Assembly (NCBI GenBank): GCA_963840455.1 | Contig: CAWIYV010000001.1 | Location: forward strand, 64,001 to 128,000 | Direction of reading: 5' to 3' | Source: Nitrospirota bacterium | GTDB lineage: Bacteria; Nitrospirota; UBA9217 | Length of the DNA stretch: 64,000 bases | Part shown: piece by piece, positions 59,972-64,000 of the stretch | How positions within the stretch are numbered: position 1 is the stretch's first letter | Layout: each line of letters starts with the position of its first letter | The notes under the pieces: generated by a model | Told to the model about the DNA's origin: nothing | Databases searched by the model: none | Seen by the model: only the letters and a program-made list of their open reading frames with translations | Position numbers and translations under genes: made by a program

Positions 59972-62361
59972 GATCTTGTTCCCTTCTTTAATCGCGCACG
60001 GACCAGGTATGCCTGTCCGAGCGAGATACATGCATCGTTTGGCGGCATCTGCACATTCGTATAAACACGCAGAGCGTCGGCCGCCAGCAGGTTCATCGTC
60101 CTGGTGAGCAGGTAGCGGTTCTGAAAAGTGCCGCCGCTCAAGGCAACGTCACGGATACCGGTCCTCTGATGGAGATAACGTACCGTCGTCCTGATGGCCG
60201 AAGCAATCGTGTTATGGAACCGCGTGGCTATTACCGGGTTCGGCTCTTTCCGTGTAAGATCGATTATCACTCCACGGATGGCATTGGAAAAATTAACGAC
60301 AGTATACTCATTCTTCTCCGTGAAAACAACCGGATACTCACTGTCGATACCGGCCTCCGTCAGCGCTTCGAGGGCCATCGCCGCCTCTCCTTCGAACGTG
60401 TTCCGGTCGCAAACCCCGATCATGGCTGAGACGGCGTCAAAGAGCCTTCCTGCGCCTGATGCCAGCGGCGACAGTTCCCGGATCGACGCGATCTTCGCGA
60501 TCTGTTCAATGGCCTCCCGGCCATACCGCTGCGGGAAACCGATCGCTTCAAGCTGTTCCATTGCATCGACATCTGCTGCCGAATTTATATAACTGACAGC
60601 CGTCCTCCAGGGCTCCCTGATTGCAGCTTCTCCACCGGGAAGCGGAATATAGCTGATCTGACCGGCCCGCTCAAAGCCGTCGACATCGGCGAGAAGAAAC
60701 TCTCCACCCCAAAGGTTGCCGTCCGTGCCGTATCCGGTCCCGTCGAAAGCAACTCCAATGATTTTTTCCGTAAGTCCGTGTTCGGCCATGACAGACCCAA
60801 TATGGGCATAGTGGTGCTGAATCGCGAAGAGCGGAAGATTACGCTTTATCCCCTGTTCCTTTGCCCACCGTGCCGACAGATAACCGGGATGCAGATCGTG
60901 AACAATCGCGGATGGATCCACGCGATAGACCTGCTTAAGATTGGCGAGACTTTCTTCATAGAACTTCAGGGTTTCATAGTTCTCCATGTCCCCGATATGC
61001 TGGCTGGGGATCGCAAACGATCCTTTGGTGAGGGTAAAGGTGTTCTTGACATCGGCACCGCAGCCCAGGACCTCGGGTCCGCTGTCGCGAAGGGCTATCG
61101 CCTCAGGGGCATAACCGCGAGCGCGTCGCAGGAACAGGAGAGACGGATATTCTCTCTCTTCCGAACGTCCGCCATTACGCTCTCCGATCCCAGCGTTCCG
61201 GACTCGCACCACTGAATCATCGACGCGCATGAAGATGTCCCGGTTGTGGAGCAGGAACGCATCCACGAGACCGGACAGCTTTTCCATGGCATCATCATTC
61301 CGGTGCACGATCGGCTCCTCAGACAGATTACCGCTCGTCATGATAAGTGTGGTCAAGGCGCTTGCTGCCGTACCAGGACCGCCACCCCTGCCCGAAAACA
61401 GTAAGGCATGCAGCGGCGTGTACGGGAGCATGCATCCGATATGCTGATTGTGCGGCGCTACAGCATCGGACAGCAGGAAGCGAGCCCTTTCTGGACGCTT
61501 CTTTTTCAGGAGCACGATCGGTCGCTTCGGTGATTCAAGCACTTCCTGTTCCATCCGTGTCAGTTCGCAGGTTCCCCGGATGACGTCGATGGATGCGGCC
61601 ATGACCGCGAACGGCTTGTTGCTTCTCCGTTTCCGCTCGCGCAGGATCGTGACCGCTTCATGGTTCGTGGCATCGCAAGCGAGGTGGTAGCCGCCCAGCC
61701 CTTTGATGGCAACGATGCCGCCCTTCTCCAGGACCTCGATCGCGGCGAAGAGCGGATCGCGCTCGTTCGTGGCATATCCGGGATTCAGGACCTTGAATTC
61801 ACACGCCGGCCCACACTGCGGACAGGCGATGGGCTGGGCGTGAAACCTCCGGTCTGCCGGATCATGATATTCCTTCGCACATGCCGTGCACATCGGAAAC
61901 ACGGCCATGGTCGTGTTCGGCCGGTCGTAGGGAACAGCGCGAGTGATGGTATAGCGAGGACCGCAGTTCGTGCAGTTGATGAACGGATAGCGATAACGGC
62001 GATCGCCTGGATCGTTCAGTTCTCGAAGGCAATCGCGGCAGAGAGAAACATCGGAGGAGATGAGCGTGAACGGACGGGTCTCGGAAGACTGCGTACTTTC
62101 GCGTATGGTAAACCCCTGATACCCCTGGAGCGGAAGCGGAGTGACCGCGACGTCGGTGATACGGGAGAGCGGCGGTGCTTCGGCGGGAAGACGGCGGATG
62201 AACTCAGGGACCGCAGAACCTTCGATATCGATATACACGCCGTCCGCGGTATTAGTAACGTATCCTGAAAGCCCGAGGCCGGTCGCAAGGGCATAAATGT
62301 AAGGCCGAAAACCAACTCCCTGGACGACCCCGGTTACTGCGATCTGAGCCCGTTCAGCCAT
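59968..62361 (-). CDS. hypF: Carbamoyltransferase HypF
   Basis: Acylphosphatase GVVQGVGFRP, two Zn fingers, KGLGGYHL, QHHYAH, DGTGYG, PNDACISLGQ. Confidence 0.97.
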   Translation of the reverse strand: MAERAQIAVTGVVQGVGFRPYIYALATGLGLSGYVTNTADGVYIDIEGSAVPEFIRRLPAEAPPLSRITDVAVTPLPLQGYQGFTIRESTQSSETRPFTLISSDVSLCRDCLRELNDPGDRRYRYPFINCTNCGPRYTITRAVPYDRPNTTMAVFPMCTACAKEYHDPADRRFHAQPIACPQCGPACEFKVLNPGYATNERDPLFAAIEVLEKGGIVAIKGLGGYHLACDATNHEAVTILRERKRRSNKPFAVMAASIDVIRGTCELTRMEQEVLESPKRPIVLLKKKRPERARFLLSDAVAPHNQHIGCMLPYTPLHALLFSGRGGGPGTAASALTTLIMTSGNLSEEPIVHRNDDAMEKLSGLVDAFLLHNRDIFMRVDDSVVRVRNAGIGERNGGRSEEREYPSLLFLRRARGYAPEAIALRDSGPEVLGCGADVKNTFTLTKGSFAIPSQHIGDMENYETLKFYEESLANLKQVYRVDPSAIVHDLHPGYLSARWAKEQGIKRNLPLFAIQHHYAHIGSVMAEHGLTEKIIGVAFDGTGYGTDGNLWGGEFLLADVDGFERAGQISYIPLPGGEAAIREPWRTAVSYINSAADVDAMEQLEAIGFPQRYGREAIEQIAKIASIRELSPLASGAGRLFDAVSAMIGVCDRNTFEGEAAMALEALTEAGIDSEYPVVFTEKNEYTVVNFSNAIRGVIIDLTRKEPNPVIATRFHNTIASAIRTTVRYLHQRTGIRDVALSGGTFQNRYLLTRTMNLLAADALRVYTNVQMPPNDACISLGQAYLVRARLKKGTRS

Positions 62362-62981
62362 TGAGCCCACGCATCGATCCCGGTTCCTGCAGAACATGAC
62401 ACCTCGAAGACCTTGAGCTTCGGGTTCAGCGCCAGGGAATCGTTCCTCATCTTATTGATGTCAACCTTCGTGTACGGCAGCAGGTCTATCTTGTTCAAGA
62501 CCAGGGCGGAGGATTCCTGGAACATGAGCGGATACTTGAGTGGTTTGTCATGGCCCTCTGCTATGGAGAGCACCATCATTTTGATGTCCTCGCCGACCTT
62601 GAACTCCGCGGGACAGACCAGGTTGCCCACGTTCTCGATGATGAGCATATCGAGCTCTTTGAGCGGCAACTCGTCCAGGACCTCGTTGATCATGTTCGCG
62701 TCAAGATGACAGGCGCCGCCGGTATTGATCTGCACGACCGGGATATCGAGCGCACCGATCCGTTCCGCGTCGTCCTGACCGACGATGTCCCCCTCAATAA
62801 CCCCTATCCGCAGATGCGGCTTGAGCCGTGTGATCGTCTGTTCAAGGAGCGACGTTTTCCCCGCTCCCGGTCCACCCATCAGGTTCGCGACGAATACCCC
62901 TGCTTCCTTGAACCGCTTTCTATTCTCCTCGGCGATCCTGTCGTTCGCTTCGAGGATTCTCGATACCACTTTAACTTTCAT
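62334..62981 (-). CDS. hypB: Hydrogenase nickel-incorporation GTPase HypB (no His-rich N-terminus)
   Basis: PGAGKT, NTGGACHLDA, ENVGNLVCPA, EG.DKPLKYP, NKID. Confidence 0.96.
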   Translation of the reverse strand: MKVKVVSRILEANDRIAEENRKRFKEAGVFVANLMGGPGAGKTSLLEQTITRLKPHLRIGVIEGDIVGQDDAERIGALDIPVVQINTGGACHLDANMINEVLDELPLKELDMLIIENVGNLVCPAEFKVGEDIKMMVLSIAEGHDKPLKYPLMFQESSALVLNKIDLLPYTKVDINKMRNDSLALNPKLKVFEVSCSAGTGIDAWAQWLNGLRSQ

Positions 62982-63000
62982 TGATAGCTTCCTTTTTCAT

Positions 63001-63028
63001 TCCGCACTTCGCACTCCGAATTCCGCAC
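63001..63028. repeat. 7-mer tandem array between hypCA and hypB
   Basis: tccgcac-ttcgcac-tccgaat-tccgcac. Confidence 0.7.
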
Positions 63029-63032
63029 TCGA

Positions 63033-63572
63033 TCAATGCATTTCCATATCCGAGATCTCCATCTCCCGTCCCCGGGTGATCTCAAAATCGTTCGAGCCGC
63101 AGTGGGGACAGGCGAAGACATAGGGGACCTCTTTTTCGTCAAAATCCTTCTTACAGGTCTTGCAGTTCCCTCCGACCGGAACGATCTCGATCGTAAGCTT
63201 TGCGTTCTTTGCTTTCGTTGGTTCCTTGAGAGCATCGAAGGCGAACTGGAGCGATTCCGGCATCACGCCGGTGGCTTTGCCGAGCCGTACGGTCAAGGCG
63301 TCGACCACCGAACATCCTTGTTCGGCACATTGTTCATCAATGATCTCGATGATGCTGTGAGCAATAGAGGATTCATGCATGATCTCACCTGTCTGGAATG
63401 CCTCGGCCCTGATCGTCTGGATCGCGAAACCCGCGTGGACCAGGACAAAGTCGCCGAGCTGCGGCGTTTCGGGAAGCAACATGATGTTCACTTCCTTCCG
63501 GGCGCCGTACACGTCAATCGTCGCTATATCGTTATCGATGGAAATTATTTTTGAGGGGACCGCAAGACACAT
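63033..63572 (-). CDS. In-frame HypC-HypA fusion
   Basis: MCLAVP...GDFVLVHAGFAI (HypC) runs without a stop into MHESSIA...ESLQFAF...CKTC...CPHC...GREMEI (HypA). Confidence 0.88.
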   Translation of the reverse strand: MCLAVPSKIISIDNDIATIDVYGARKEVNIMLLPETPQLGDFVLVHAGFAIQTIRAEAFQTGEIMHESSIAHSIIEIIDEQCAEQGCSVVDALTVRLGKATGVMPESLQFAFDALKEPTKAKNAKLTIEIVPVGGNCKTCKKDFDEKEVPYVFACPHCGSNDFEITRGREMEISDMEMH

Positions 63573-64000
63573 GGTATGTTCCACTCCCGGAGCTTTGCCA
63601 CAATGCGCTCGATAAGAACATCTTTCTTATCCCATATCTCCGGGGTCATGTCAAGACCGAGTTCGAGGCTCTTAGGCTGGATTCCGATGATACAGAGGTC
63701 CTTCGGGATGTTTCCCGACATCCGGACGATGCACAGGACATCCATAAGCCCCAGGTGGTGCATGGATGCCTTCTGGGTGAGCCTGATCGGGATCGAATCG
63801 TTCTCCAGGAGATCGATGTATCCAGGTTCCCGGTCGAAGTTCACCGCATCGACCATCATGACCTTTTCACGCCCTTCGATGAATGGGATAAGGTCGAGTC
63901 CGGCTGCGCCGCCATCCACGATCTCGACATAATCTGGCACCTCGTACCGACGTTCGAATTCGTTGACCGTATGCACACCGACACCTTCGTCGCTCATAAG
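63545..64000 (-). CDS. Hydrogenase maturation endopeptidase (HyaD/HybD family; 5' end outside the window)
   Basis: LMSDEGVGVH, VDGG, VDAV, ASMHH, IGIQP. Confidence 0.92.
   Translation of the reverse strand, partial: LMSDEGVGVHTVNEFERRYEVPDYVEIVDGGAAGLDLIPFIEGREKVMMVDAVNFDREPGYIDLLENDSIPIRLTQKASMHHLGLMDVLCIVRMSGNIPKDLCIIGIQPKSLELGLDMTPEIWDKKDVLIERIVAKLREWNIPCVLRSPQK

Overview
64 kb of GC-rich bacterial chromosome, mostly housekeeping. Gene content and order (yicC-remA-gmk-rpoZ-coaBC; TPR-roadblock-aroQ-pepP-efp-accBC; pilD with a sigma-54 two-component pair; hyp operon) suggest an anaerobic or microaerobic Nitrospirota/Desulfobacterota-like organism, but this is inference. I found no rRNA, tRNA, CRISPR array or prophage. 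Items absent from the ORF track: (1) a complete 1,425-bp IS1202-family element with a perfect 17-bp target duplication; (2) a small Crp/Fnr regulon with two TATGAy-N4-GTCATA boxes at class II positions, driving a heme-copper-oxidase-like 4-TM protein, a DUF1858 protein and an unannotated 45-aa CxxC...CxxC microprotein; (3) a GEMM-I (c-di-GMP-I) riboswitch with an overlapping terminator upstream of a CBS protein; (4) several probable leaderless sigma-70 promoters; (5) degenerate 7-9-mer intergenic arrays. Unusual coding features are an in-frame HypC-HypA fusion, a receiver/TPR/methyltransferase/6TM-kinase/FadL cluster that may be an undescribed small-molecule signalling module, a heme-c dCache kinase, a soluble MgtE-like protein paired with an NRAMP-related transporter, and a stand-alone AICAR transformylase. 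Seven single-base insertions between 2.0 and 8.1 kb break pmbA, queC and the NRAMP gene and are most likely sequencing errors. All identifications are by eye from motifs; no database searches were run.
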